Numbered from the whole stretch's first letter, positions 12,331 to 25,642 are shown. The stretch: 63,703 nt of DNA, filler included, from Octopus bimaculoides (GCF_001194135.2; 4 parts of 4 records of this genome joined end to end with filler, not necessarily neighbours in it); one strand, 5' to 3'. The notes: generated from the letters alone by a model not told the origin. A program made the numbers and translations.

Positions 12331-12778
12331 ATCATTATGGGTAGGATTTTGTGCTTTTAATTGTGTCGCATCAAGTACAAGCATAAAGGAGGTAATTTCC
12401 TTCGAAAATATAACCCGACCGTGGTTGACACCAGGTAGCCCAAGCTATGAACGTGCTTTACTCATTGCACTTATTGACATATACCCATTAGTCAAAAAAA
12501 ATTATATAGCTAGATAGATAGACAGATAGATAGATAGATAAATTGATAGATAGGTAAATGGATAGACAGATGCAGAGATATATAGATAGATAAATATATA
12601 TATATATATATTTTCATGTTTATATATATAACTATAAATATATGTATACAAATATATATATATATATATATGAATTTGTGCGTATAAATTTATAGATAGA
12701 CATACATACATACACACACATACAAAAACACGCGGGCGTTCATACACACTCATACGTACGCACATACAAACCCACGCC

Positions 12779-12821
<43 letters not shown>

Positions 12822-13254
12822 NNNNNNNNNNTATATATATATGTATATATATGTATGTATATATACATAGTTATACATTGTGGTCAGTTTGCACTGAACA
12901 ATCTCCCTATCATCTAACAATAGTCATTTTCAATAACAGCTTCTAGCTGTTGTTGCAACCTTTTTTTCATCTAATTTGAATCAAAGCTTCTCACTTACAT
13001 TCCGATGTATCTTTTTCTCTTATCACGTCGAGTCTATTTTTTTTTCCCTCTCTCCCTTCCATTTTCCGCCGGCCATTTTGTAACAAATATGCACAGTATG
13101 GTGACACTTCTTTCCTCTCTCTCTCTCTGTTTCTCTCTCTTTCTATCAATCTCTCTCTCTCTCTCTCTGTTCCTCTCTCCTCCTCTCTCTCTTCTTACAT
13201 CGCCACACTCTTATATCTAACACTTACAACCACATAGCTGCGTTTGCCAAGTTT

Positions 13255-13261
13255 TATAATT

Positions 13262-13305
<44 letters not shown>

Positions 13306-13363
13306 CATCATCATCATCATCATCATCTTCATCATCATCATCATCATCATAAACATCATCATT

Positions 13364-13398
<35 letters not shown>

Positions 13399-13448
13399 TA
13401 TTATTATTATTATTATTATTATGATTTTTATTATTTTTATAATTATTA

Positions 13449-13492
<44 letters not shown>

Positions 13493-13511
13493 TTTATTTT
13501 TATTTTTATTA

Positions 13512-13552
<41 letters not shown>

Positions 13553-13583
13553 GTTAACGTTATTATTACTATTATTATTATTA

Positions 13584-13621
<38 letters not shown>
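13255..13621. repeat. (ATC)n to (ATT)n compound microsatellite running into a gap
   Basis: Directly visible. Confidence 0.95.
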
Positions 13622-14438
13622 NNNNNNNNNNNNNNNNNNNNNNNNNNNNNNNNNNNNNNNNNNNNNNNNNNNNNNNNNNNNNNNNNNNNNNNNNNNNNNN
13701 NNNNNNNNNNNNNNNNNNNNNNNNNNNNNNNNNNNNNNNNNNNNNNNNNNNNNNNNNNNNNNNNNNNNNNNNNNNNNNNNNNNNNNNNNNNNNNNNNNNN
13801 NNNNNNNNNNNNNNNNNNNNNNNNNNNNNNNNNNNNNNNNNNNNNNNNNNNNNNNNNNNNNNNNNNNNNNNNNNNNNNNNNNNNNNNNNNNNNNNNNNNN
13901 NNNNNNNNNNNNNNNNNNNNNNNNNNNNNNNNNNNNNNNNNNNNNNNNNNNNNNNNNNNNNNNNNNNNNNNNNNNNNNNNNNNNNNNNNNNNNNNNNNNN
14001 NNNNNNNNNNNNNNNNNNNNNNNNNNNNNNNNNNNNNNNNNNNNNNNNNNNNNNNNNNNNNNNNNNNNNNNNNNNNNNNNNNNNNNNNNNNNNNNNNNNN
14101 NNNNNNNNNNNNNNNNNNNNNNNNNNNNNNNNNNNNNNNNNNNNNNNNNNNNNNNNNNNNNNNNNNNNNNNNNNNNNNNNNNNNNNNNNNNNNNNNNNNN
14201 NNNNNNNNNNNNNNNNNNNNNNNNNNNNNNNNNNNNNNNNNNNNNNNNNNNNNNNNNNNNNNNNNNNNNNNNNNNNNNNNNNNNNNNNNNNNNNNNNNNN
14301 NNNNNNNNNNNNNNNNNNNNNNNNNNNNNNNNNNNNNNNNNNNNNNNNNNNNNNNNNNNNNNNNNNNNNNNNNNNNNNNNNNNNNNNNNNNNNNNNNNNN
14401 NNNNNNNNNNNNNNNNNNNNNNNNNNNNNNNNNNNNNN

Positions 14439-14494
<56 letters not shown>

Positions 14495-15708
14495 ATATAC
14501 ATACATATATATATGTATGTATATATAGCACTTTGAATATATATGTATGCATATAAGTACGCACATATCTTTCTGTATAAATATCCATATATATTTATAT
14601 GCATATATATGCATATATATACATATATATAATTACATACATACACACACCCCCACACACACACAGACATATATTCAACCCGTTTAAATTAGCATACGAA
14701 ATATATAAAAATACATATGTGTATATGAGTATGTGAATTGTTTTGTGTCTGTGTGTCTGTGTTTATATGTATCCATGTATAACCATGCATACATTTATAG
14801 ACAGATTATTTCATACATATATATATGTATGTATATATGCATATGTGTGAGTGTGTGTTAGTGCCTGTGTTTTAGCATGTCTGTGGCTGTGTGTCTTTGT
14901 GCGCGCGCGTGTTTGTGTCTGTGTGTGTGTGTGTCTGTATTTCTATATCATAAGAAAGTTTTAGAATTTCTTCTGAACTCCTTCTATATCCCGTTTAATC
15001 GACCTTTACTTTGAAAATTATGTTCATATTTTTACCTTAAAACGGCGAGATGTATGAGTATGGCTGCAGAAGAGCGGTGTATGTGTGGCAGCCAGAGTGG
15101 AAAAGGAAGTTTGTGCTGAACGGCCGAGAGCGGAAGGTTTTGGTGGACAGTTGNNNNNNNNNNNNNNNNNNNNNNNNNNNNNNNNNNNNNNNNNNNNNNN
15201 NNNNNNNNNNNNNNNNNNNNNNNNNNNNNNNNNNNNNNNNNNNNNNNNNNNNNNNNNNNNNNNNNNNNNNNNNNNNNNNNNNNNNNNNNNNNNNNNNNNN
15301 NNNNNNNNNNNNNNNNNNNNNNNNNNNNNNNNNNNNNNNNNNNNNNNNNNNNNNNNNNNNNNNNNNNNNNNNNNNNNNNNNNNNNNNNNNNNNNNNNNNN
15401 NNNNNNNNNNNNNNNNNNNNNNNNNNNNNNNNNNNNNNNNNNNNNNNNNNNNNNNNNNNNNNNNNNNNNNNNNNNNNNNNNNNNNNNNNNNNNNNNNNNN
15501 NNNNNNNNNNNNNNNNNNNNNNNNNNNNNNNNNNNNNNNNNNNNNNNNNNNNNNNNNNNNNNNNNNNNNNNNNNNNNNNNNNNNNNNNNNNNNNNNNNNN
15601 NNNNNNNNNNNNNNNNNNNNNNNNNNNNNNNNNNNNNNNNNNNNNNNNNNNNNTATACATGCATATATATATATATATAAATATATACATGCATATATAT
15701 ATATATAC

Positions 15709-15744
<36 letters not shown>

Positions 15745-16049
15745 ATACATGTGTGTGTGTGTATTGGGGGCGGTGTCCATATGTGTGGCGTGCTGTCTTG
15801 CAGTGTGAAGAGGTTCGGCTTTGTAGAATCGTTTAACAAAAGGCCGAAAGCATAATTAGAAAAGAAAGTGTTTTTAGAATTAGAATTAAACGCTCTTGAC
15901 TGTCTTGTGTATATCCTTCCTTTATCTATTTTTCTGTTATGTAAGTTCTCTTCTATTGTTAAGTATTTGAAGACTTCCTGAAAGGAAAAAGGTGGTTTCT
16001 ATCAAAGACACAAAACTCCATCCTTGGATTTTAGATAACAAAAGCAATG

Positions 16050-16310
16050 TGACAACTTGAACTTTAGAAAACTCTTACATATTGTTAGCATTCCACTTAC
16101 ATATTGTATTAGGAATTTGCGAATTAACTGGTTGATTTCTTTTTCTGAAATCTCTTGCTTTCCCATATTGTCACTTATCCATTTGCAAACAAAACCAAAT
16201 GCATTAATTATTATTGGTACAATTGTGAATTTAAAATCATTGTAGACAAGCTGAAGATTTCGAAGAAGCTGTCCGTAGTTATCCTCTTTCACTGTGATTT
16301 TCGAAGAGCT
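16050..16310 (-). mobile_element. RLE-type (R4-like) non-LTR ORF C-terminal fragment
   Basis: KEDNYGQLLRNLQLVYNDFKFTIVPIIINAFG...TICKSFLKFK, paralogous to 47390-47525 and 49555-49793. Confidence 0.65.
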
Positions 16311-16324
16311 ATGCACATTAGCAA

Positions 16325-16470
16325 GGTAAGTAGCTTGCTCACCAACCATATGGTCTCGGGTTCAGTCCCACTCCATGGTACCTTGGGCAAGTGTCTTCTA
16401 CTATAGCCTCGGGCCGATCAAAACCTTGTGAGTAGATTTGGTAGACGGAAACTGAAAGAAGCCCGTCGTA
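16325..16470 (+). mobile_element. Family B SINE 5' half
   Basis: GGGTTCAGTCCC B-box and CORE-like box; ends GAAGCCCGTCG(TA)n. Confidence 0.9.
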
Positions 16471-16654
16471 TATATATATCTTAAAAGATAGAGCTCAAAA
16501 TCGATGCATTGAAGATACTTTATTGCAGCAACAATTATAATAGTAGTAACAACAACAATAAGCCAAACCTATGCACATTTCAATAGAGTATATATAACTA
16601 ATTTAGAGACGAACCACCACTTTACAACTCAGTCATCTCAGAACATACACACAC

Positions 16655-17110
16655 ACATGTCCTTCATTGCTGACAACCCCTAAAACCATGACAGTTGCAA
16701 AACATTTTGTATGCATAACAGAACTTCAGAAGAGCCTGTACATAACGATCTGTCATTTCTTCTGTTAACCTTTTGATCTTGGTCGAAGATTTTCTCGTTT
16801 GAGAAAAACCAAATCAAATCTTCTGCTAGATTTTTCAGTTTGTTTAAGAGCCTTTTAGATCTGATGTTGTGATTTTATTTTGCTTTTTCTGACAAATTGA
16901 CCTTTCCTCGTGATATAATCTGATGTCTTCGTGGACAACATCTCTGACTGTTCCTTTTGAGAGATGAAGATCTTCTGCAATTGACCTCATGAACTTTCTG
17001 GGTCTGTTGAAATTGCTGGATAAATTCAGGTGTTCTGATGACTTCAGTGTGTTTAGAATGCTTTTTATGCATCGATACATATGATACATTTCCATCTTCA
17101 GTCTCTAGCT
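16655..17110 (-). mobile_element. Tc1/mariner transposase pseudogene, DD37D (maT/Bmmar1)-like
   Basis: Frameshifted pieces KKHSKHTEVIRTPEFIQQ, MRSIAEDLHLSKGTVRDVVHEDIR, WFFSNEKIFDQDQKVNRRNDR, ATVMVLGVVSNEGHV. Confidence 0.8.
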
Positions 17111-17302
17111 GCTTACAAACTCTGTAGACGAAAGATCAGGCAACTTTTAAAAATCGAGGACTTGCTATTATTATTTTCTGAAACAAAGATTATACAGAGT
17201 TAGCAAAAAATGCAGCAATGACAACCCCACCCAAAAGGTATGTCCTCAAATACCTTACGCACCCTGAATATATGTATACATACACACATACACACACACA
17301 CA

Positions 17303-17482
17303 CGAGGGGGTGCTGAAAAATTCCTGGCTTTAAGGGCATCACGAAAGGCTTGGCTGGAGGCCCAACCTATCGAGTTCTTTTACAAGGCTTAGAAGAACTG
17401 AAGGACCGCTACAATAAGTGTGTGGATCTGAGAGGGGAATAAAATCATAATTAACTGATTCTCTCGTATTTTCTTTTATCCA
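17303..17482 (+). mobile_element. Short non-autonomous mariner derivative (MITE-like)
   Basis: TIR-like CGAGGGGGTGCTGAAAAATTCCTGGCTTT joined directly to C-terminal coding remnants KAWLEAQPIEFFYK and LEELKDRYNKCVDLRGE; right end lies in a gap. Confidence 0.65.
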
Positions 17483-18366
17483 NNNNNNNNNNNNNNNNNN
17501 NNNNNNNNNNNNNNNNNNNNNNNNNNNNNNNNNNNNNNNNNNNNNNNNNNNNNNNNNNNNNNNNNNNNNNNNNNNNNNNNNNNNNNNNNNNNNNNNNNNN
17601 NNNNNNNNNNNNNNNNNNNNNNNNNNNNNNNNNNNNNNNNNNNNNNNNNNNNNNNNNNNNNNNNNNNNNNNNNNNNNNNNNNNNNNNNNNNNNNNNNNNN
17701 NNNNNNNNNNNNNNNNNNNNNNNNNNNNNNNNNNNNNNNNNNNNNNNNNNNNNNNNNNNNNNNNNNNNNNNNNNNNNNNNNNNNNNNNNNNNNNNNNNNN
17801 NNNNNNNNNNNNNNNNNNNNNNNNNNNNNNNNNNNNNNNNNNNNNNNNNNNNNNNNNNNNNNNNNNNNNNNNNNNNNNNNNNNNNNNNNNNNNNNNNNNN
17901 NNNNNNNNNNNNNNNNNNNNNNNNNNNNNNNNNNNNNNNNNNNNNNNNNNNNNNNNNNNNNNNNNNNNNNNNNNNNNNNNNNNNNNNNNNNNNNNNNNNN
18001 NNNNNNNNNNNNNNNNNNNNNNNNNNNNNNNNNNNNNNNNNNNNNNNNNNNNNNNNNNNNNNNNNNNNNNNNNNNNNNNNNNNNNNNNNNNNNNNNNNNN
18101 NNNNNNNNNNNNNNNNNNNNNNNNNNNNNNNNNNNNNNNNNNNNNNNNNNNNNNNNNNNNNNNNNNNNNNNNNNNNNNNNNNNNNNNNNNNNNNNNNNNN
18201 NNNNNNNNNNNNNNNNNNNNNNNNNNNNNNNNNNNNNNNNNNNNNNNNNNNNNNNNNNNNNNNNNNNNNNNNNNNNNNNNNNNNNNNNNNNNNNNNNNAT
18301 ACACACACGCGCGCACACAAAAACAAATATATATATGTATAAATATAATATATATATGTGTGTGTG

Positions 18367-18421
<55 letters not shown>

Positions 18422-19412
18422 CATATATCAGTGATAAGTGATACGTATGCATACCTATGGATATATATTAATATATATTTATGTATACTCCAAGACAATG
18501 AGAGCCATTGATACAGACATGTACGGCTCCGTACGTGCACCGCGTAGCACCAACCTCACAACCAGACGCACATACATACGCAATCTCAAATTTGCACATA
18601 CACATAATCACACACAATCATAGTTGCAAACATAACATTCACAAATTCCATTACATATAGTTATAGCCTCGTATCATAATTTACAAGATAAAAGAATTTA
18701 TAGAATACGAACAAAAAAAAAGAAAGCAGAAACATGAGATAAAGAAAGCGACGTGTGATATCTTAAGATACTGAATGCCTTTGCACCGCCTTCGACTCAC
18801 TCAATCACAGAATGTTCGTCAGACATTTATATCTCTCGTACTGCGACAATTATTTGATGTTTGGGGAAGAACTGGTTGTCGCTCTTCTTTGCAATGAAAC
18901 CAACTTTAGTCATGTTTTCTTCTAGGGCGTGCGTAAATGCGTAAACTGTAGTTTTGATAATGATAACATGAACATTATATGTGTATATATATATGTATAT
19001 ATATATATATATATATANNNNNNNNNNNNNNNNNNNNNNNNNNNNNNNNNNNNNNNNNNNNNNNNNNNNNNNNNNNNNNNNNNNNNNNNNNNNNNNNNNN
19101 NNNNNNNNNNNNNNNNNNNNNNNNNNNNNNNNNNNNNNNNNNNNNNNNNNNNNNNNNNNNNNNNNNNNNNNNNNNNNNNNNNNNNNNNNNNNNNNNNNNN
19201 NNNNNNNNNNNNNNNNNNNNNNNNNNNNNNNNNNNNNNNNNNNNNNNNNNNNNNNNNNNNNNNNNNNNNNNNNNNNNNNNNNNNNNNNNNNNNNNNNNNN
19301 NNNNNNNNNNNNNNNNNNNNNNNNNNNNNNNNNNNNNNNNNNNNNNNNNNNNNNNNNNNNNGTATATGTATATATATATATATATATATGAATATATATT
19401 TACATATTTAAC

Positions 19413-19463
<51 letters not shown>

Positions 19464-19892
19464 GTGTGTGTGAGTGTGTGTGTGTGTGTGTGTGTGTATA
19501 TGCTTATATATGTATGTATAAATGTGTGTAATATATATTTGTATTCTCACATATACATGTGTGTATGCATATAAGTATACATATTTTTTTATATATATTT
19601 ATATAATATGCACATATATACATTCATACACATATAATAATAGGGATAATAATATATAATATAATAGGAATCAAAGACTCCAACAGAGCTCACATTAAGC
19701 TTTCCGCCTGGTCCATGGCTATCAAGAGAGACCGTAGTTAAGGCTGAGATGTAAATTCAGCGTCGTTCTGAAAATTTAGGAATTGCAATGGTGGTGAGTA
19801 TGCATAAAAATTGATCAAATAAGAGAAGCCAAGTGAGAGAATAGATGTTTATTCCTTTAGCTAACAGCTGCTTCATAATACTTTACCATAGT

Positions 19893-19990
19893 AAGGCGGC
19901 GAGCTGGCAGAAACGTTAGCACTCCGGGCGAAATGCTTAGCGGTATTTTGTCTGCCGTTACGTTCTGAGTTCAAATTCCGCCGAGCTCGA
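19893..19990 (+). mobile_element. Family A SINE head
   Basis: AAGGCGGCGAGCTGGCAGAAACGTTAGC...GTTCTGAGTTCAAATTCCGCCGAG. Confidence 0.9.
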
Positions 19991-21387
19991 TGAGACAATT
20001 CTTCGTTTCGTTTCAATATATATTGCCTTGTAACAGCTCGTCTATGAACAAATTTTTTTGGACAAAAAATATAGTATCACGGAAGAAAAACACAGCATCA
20101 TATGTCTCAATAGGGTATATACATTTAGTACAATACATAGATGACTTTTAATTTAATACGGTTTCAATTGCATACACCGAGGTTTTATTCAGCCCAGCGT
20201 TTATTCGCAGTGTCAGTGAATATGTTATTTCTATCTGTTATATATCAAAGATTTCGTCTAGGCGTGTCACTGCGAATAGCGTTATTAACAAGGCCTAAGA
20301 TGGGATACATGCATCTGCCGTTCTTTTGGGTTACTTCTGGAACGATTTCTTGTCATATATATTCATAGACGGCACGGCACGTCTATCAAAAGATTCCATC
20401 TCCAACGAAAATCACAGCACCATGCCCTCACAACGGTGTGTATGCGTTTAGCATGATACCTAGACGGCTATTTTAATTTAATGCTGTATCAATTACGTAC
20501 ACCAGGTTATTACTCCAAAATGCATTCAGTGACACATTTTGATATTTCATTTCTTTGGGTTCTCTCCCCCCCCTCTCTCTCTCTCTCTATACAAAAACTT
20601 GTTTACAGCTCGATGACTTGTTTACAATTTCACTCGCCCATCCTATTATTCAATTACGCTTTATCTCCCTTTGCTTTAGCTATAATTACATCTTTATTTT
20701 TAATCCTTCTCAGATTAAAACCTTGTCTCTATACTTCTGCCAGTTTTAAGAGGTCTGTTTACATTTTGTCTTGCGCAAATAATTATATTTAATCATTTTT
20801 TTCATCGACTTTTGTCTAAACATCAATATTTTTATTTGTCTCTAATTTCATAACATTGTTATTTATCATCTACAACACTTAACCCTTTTCCTACCGTATT
20901 CCTGTTGCTGCACTTCTCTTCTAATCTTCCTGTTAGTCATAACTACTTTTATTCTAATGGCTTCTTTCCTTGATCCGTCGCTCTCCAGAACTCAGGACCA
21001 ACGCCATGTTTTTTTTTCTATTGTATAACATTCTGTCCGTTAAGCTTTCTATCGATCGACTTCATTTGCATTAGTAGACTCTTTCTTCTTTTTTTTTTTT
21101 TGTAGTCCCTTGCACTACAGTGGCCTCCAGCCTGGTAAGCATACATGTACATANNNNNNNNNNNNNNNNNNNNNNNNNNNNNNNNNNNNNNNNNNNNNNN
21201 NNNNNNNNNNNNNNNNNNNNNNNNNNNNNNNNNNNNNNNNNNNNNNNNNNNNNNNNNNNNNNNNNNNNNNNNNNNNNNNNNNNNNNNNNNNNNNNNNNNN
21301 NNNNNNNNNNNNNNNNNNNNNNNNNNNNNNNNNNNNNNNNNNNNNAGAGACTAAGAGAGTAAGATAGTGAAAGAGTGAGAGAGGGGG

Positions 21388-21955
21388 AGCACCGCCTTAA
21401 AGCGCTTGTTTAGTCGAAGAAATCGACTCCCAGGACTTATTTTTTGTAAGCCTAGTACTTATTCTATCGGTCTCTATCGCCGAACCGCTATATTACGGGA
21501 ACGTAAACACACCAGCATCGTTTGTCAAGCGATAGTGGTGGACAAACATAGACACAAACACAGACACATGCGCACACACATATATATATATATTTACATA
21601 GGACGGGCTTCTCTCAGTTTCCTTATTTATTTATTGCCCACAAGAGGCTACACATTGAGGAGACAAACAAGGACAGATAAACGGATTAAGTCGATTATAT
21701 CGACCCCAGTGCGTAACTGGTACTTATTTAATCGACCCCGAAAGGATGAAAGGCAAAGTCGTCCTCGGCGAAATTTGAACTCAGAACGTAGTGGCAGACG
21801 AAATACCGCTAAGCATTTCGCCCGGCGTGCTAACGATTCTGCCAGCTTGCCGGCTTCTCGCAGTTTCCGACTACCAGATCCACTCACAAGCATGGGTCAG
21901 GCCGAGGGTATCATTGAAGATATTTGCCCAAGGTGCCATACAGTAGGAAGATAGG
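21388..21955 (-). mobile_element. Family B SINE interrupted by a family A (tail A2) SINE at 21623-21856
   Basis: Host sequence resumes after the insert; TSD CTCTCAGTTTCC (21611-21622) and CTCGCAGTTTCC (21857-21868). Confidence 0.85.
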
Positions 21956-22697
21956 TTCTTAACAGCGCCACATATGTGTGTGTGTTCGTGTGCGTGTCTT
22001 TGTGTGTGAGTGTGTGTGTGTGTGCGTGTGCGTGTGCGTGTGTTTGTGTGTGAGTGTGTGTGTGTGCGTGTGCGTGTGTGTGCGTACATACATAGTGAGA
22101 TATAGATAGCTAGATAGAAACAGAATAGAAACAGTAACAAACAAACAAACAGAGAAATGCATTTATACGCCTGTGTATGGTTCTATGTCTGCTTGTATGT
22201 GCTTGTGGGGAGGCGTGTGTGAAAATGCCACATGTCTATCCAAGTCTACGTAAGTGGATCAGCTGTTCCATTATTAACTTTTCATTTATTAACTTCCCCA
22301 ATTCTTCAGCAGCATCGCAGCACCATTTTCTGCTTCTGCTGCTAGTTTCTCGAAAGACTTCTCTATTAATAAGACTGCAAACGACGCCTCTTTATACGCT
22401 CAGACACATCTTAAGTGAACAGGTGTGCCGTTAAAATCTTTTACCGCTTTTGTTTCAACCAACAAACTCTGATCAACATTAACACACAACGTTACGACAG
22501 TTCCTCGGTGAGAATCGTCACACATAGCAGACACATCGCCATTCGCTGTTATTAGTGGCTTGTAGAAAGCCACACCTTAGGCATTTCAGCTACATACATA
22601 CATGCATGTATACATATATACAGAGAGAGACAGACGCATGCACACAAAAGCACTCACACACGCACGTACGCATGCACGCACAAAAACGCATATGTAT

Positions 22698-22731
<34 letters not shown>

Positions 22732-22970
22732 NNNNNNNNNNNNNNNNNNNNNNNNNNNNNNNNNNNNNNNNNNNNNNNNNNNNNNNNNNNNNNNNNNNNN
22801 NNNNNNNNNNNNNNNNNNNNNNNNNNNNNNNNNNNNNNNNNNNNNNNNNNNNNNNNNNNNNNNNNNNNNNNNNNNNNNNNNNNNNNNNNNNNNNNNNNNN
22901 NNNNNNNNNNNNNNNNNNNNNNNNNNNNNNNNNNNNNNNNNNNNNNNNNNNNNNNNNNNNNNNNNNNNNN

Positions 22971-23340
22971 CGGCTTGGAAGTCGTTTTCCGTAACAGTTC
23001 GAGGACCTTGTGCGATTCGCTCCGGGCCTCCATAACGGTATTAAAACGGCGACCTTTGAGCTGCATTTTCATCTGGGAGAAGAGATAGATATCCGCAGGG
23101 GCTAAATCCGGCGAAGAGGGTGGATGTGGAAGCGATACCATGTTATATTTGTGCCGAGAAACTCACGAGTAAGGAGAGCTCTCTGTGACAGGGTGCATTG
23201 CCATGGCGAAGGATCCAATTCTTCGCACTCCACAGATCCGGTCGCTTTCGCCGAATGGCCTCCCTAAAACGCTTCAAAACGTTGCATTAGCACTCTCAAC
23301 TGATGGTCTGGCTCTGGAGGACGAATTCACGATGCAGAAT
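22971..23340 (-). mobile_element. Mariner (DD34D) transposase pseudogene, catalytic/C-terminal part
   Basis: EAIRRKRPDLWSAKNWILRHGNAPCHR...HPPSSPDLAPADIYLFSQMKMQLKGRRFNTV (degenerate HDNA and YSPDL motifs). Confidence 0.9.
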
Positions 23341-23509
23341 ACAACATTTCCGGTGGTGACACACGTGACAGGTCTTCCAGATTTCTCATCGTCTTCCTAA
23401 GCATTTCGTCTGGCGTTCTAATGATTCTACCAGCTCGTCTCCTTCACATCATCATCATAACAATGGCTTCCCATTTTATCATAAGGGCCATGTTCGGAGG
23501 AAGGTCTAA

Positions 23510-23758
23510 CTTGATTATATCGCCTCCAATGTTCAGCTTGTACTTATTTCATCGACCTCGAAAGATAAAGTCAGAAGAAAATCCGCTAAGACTTTTGTTC
23601 AGCATGTTCATTTTGTTCGGCATATTCATTTTGTTCGGCATATACATTTTGTTCGGCATATTCATTTTGTCCGGCATATTCATTTTGTTCGGCATATTCA
23701 TTTTGTTCGGCATATTCATTTTGTCCGGCATGCTAGAGATGCTGCCAGCTCGCCGCCT
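23510..23758 (-). mobile_element. Degenerate family A SINE containing an 18-bp minisatellite
   Basis: SINE motifs flank 7 full TTCATTTTGT(T/C)CGGCATA units (23607-23732) plus one degenerate unit. Confidence 0.75.
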
Positions 23759-24019
23759 ATCTACAATGGGAATAATACAAAGGACTTCCTCTATCGTACA
23801 GGGTACAGGGTGCGCCATGTATAAAGCACGGTGCATTATGCCTGATGCATCGCACGAAGTGCAACGTGCAATATACAGGGTGAAGAGTGCATGTTGCCAA
23901 GTGCTGAGTGTTGTATGAAAAGTGAAGTGAACATGATGCATGATGGAGTATGCAGTGCAGTGCAAAGTGCAGCAATAAATGCACCAATAACGTTTAATAA
24001 AAATAATTAATTGCAACAG

Positions 24020-24200
24020 GACGTGGTTCCTTTTCCTGTTACTGTTGTAGCTCTGTTGTTGTTGTTGTTGGTGGTGTTGGTGTTGTTGTTGTTGTTGTTA
24101 ATGGCAACGACGGCAAAGATGCTGACCGCGAAGGCCATGACAGCGAAAACGATGATGATGGTGACGATGATGAAGCCGACGAAGACAACGACGACGACGT

Positions 24201-24256
<56 letters not shown>

Positions 24257-24970
24257 CAGACGAATGTGGCGAAGGTGATGATGGTGACGCTGGCGGGGGT
24301 GATGACGAGAGGACAATAAACCATAATACATCGCCTCATGTGGACGGTAATAGTAATACGTTGATGATGATGATGATGATGATGATGATGACTATAATGA
24401 CGATGATGATGATGATGATGATCATGATGATGACCAGGACGACGATGAGGATGATAGCGATGCTGATGNNNNNNNNNNNNNNNNNNNNNNNNNNNNNNNN
24501 NNNNNNNNNNNNNNNNNNNNNNNNNNNNNNNNNNNNNNNNNNNNNNNNNNNNNNNNNNNNNNNNNNNNNNNNNNNNNNNNNNNNNNNNNNNNNNNNNNNN
24601 NNNNNNNNNNNNNNNNNNNNNNNNNNNNNNNNNNNNNNNNNNNNNNNNNNNNNNNNNNNNNNNNNNNNNNNNNNNNNNNNNNNNNNNNNNNNNNNNNNNN
24701 NNNNNNNNNNNNNNNNNNNNNNNNNNNNNNNNNNNNNNNNNNNNNNNNNNNNNNNNNNNNNNNNNNNNNNNNNNNNNNNNNNNNNNNNNNNNNNNNNNNN
24801 NNNNNNNNNNNNNNNNNNNNNNNNNNNNNNNNNNNNNNNNNNNNNNNNNNNNNNNNNNNGGAGGCTAAAAAGAGTGACGACAATGATGACGAAAATGACG
24901 ACGTGTATTATCATAATGATGATGATGATGACAATGATGATGACAATGATGATGATGATGATGACGATAT
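24020..24970. repeat. Cryptic (GTT/GAT/GAC)n tracts around a gap
   Basis: Directly visible. Confidence 0.85.
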
Positions 24971-25278
24971 TAAACTCTGTTTCTCTTCAACATTTATCTC
25001 AAGGTGTTTATTTTTGTTTTTTCCAAGATGTTTTTGTTTTGTTTTTTCTATTCCTTTTTTGCATTATTGTCTTCTTTTTTTTTTCTACTTCAACTCATTA
25101 ACCGCCATCAATTTGACTTGAAACTGCTCAAAAAAAGTTTTTAAAAAAAATACATATAGCAATGTCTTTTCTCAGTAAAAATGGAATTGCACAGAACAAA
25201 AAGCTTAATTAGAGCAAAACCCTATAATGAAAAAACAACAACAACAGCAATAATAATAATAGTGATAATTACTTCACA

Positions 25279-25483
25279 TTATGGTACAAATCCAACAGTT
25301 TGGGGTGGGGGCCTAAGTTGATCACATCGTCCCCCAGTATTCAACTGGTATTTATGTAATCGACCCTCACAGGATGAAAGGTAATGTCGACCTAGGCAGA
25401 ATTTGAACTCAGAACGTAAAGACGGACAGAAAGCCGCCAAGAGTGTTGCCTGGCGTGCTTACGATTCTGCCAGCTCGCAGCTT
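25279..25483 (-). mobile_element. Family A SINE
   Basis: Central box GGATGAAAGGTAATGTCGACCTAGGCAGAATTTGAACTCAGAACG plus head. Confidence 0.85.
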
Positions 25484-25492
25484 TTACATAAC

Positions 25493-25542
<50 letters not shown>

Positions 25543-25642
25543 NNNNNNNNNNNNNNNNNNNNNNNNNNNNNNNNNNNNNNNNNNNNTTAATTAATTAANN
25601 NNNNNNNNNNNNNNNNNNNNNNNNNNNNNNNNNNNNNNNNNN
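25543..25642. other. Artificial scaffold spacer 44N-TTAATTAATTAA-44N
   Basis: Identical 100-bp construct at 36324-36423 and 54614-54713. Confidence 0.95.

Noticed and set aside
13064-13080. YY1-like CGGCCATTTTG promoter motif
   Set aside because: A single short motif with no other promoter evidence
15050-15153. Possible LINE 3' fragment next to a gap
   Set aside because: Too short; no diagnostic motif I can confirm
20202-20276. 11-bp inverted repeat TATTCGCAGTG/CACTGCGAATA
   Set aside because: The inner sequence does not pair; too short for a pre-miRNA or MITE call
23607-23732. CRISPR-like regular repeat
   Set aside because: Units are contiguous with no spacers, the context is eukaryotic, and the unit derives from a SINE
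25587-25598. Palindromic TTAATTAATTAA repeated three times as a possible biological motif
   Set aside because: Always centred in exactly 44+44 Ns; an assembly pad
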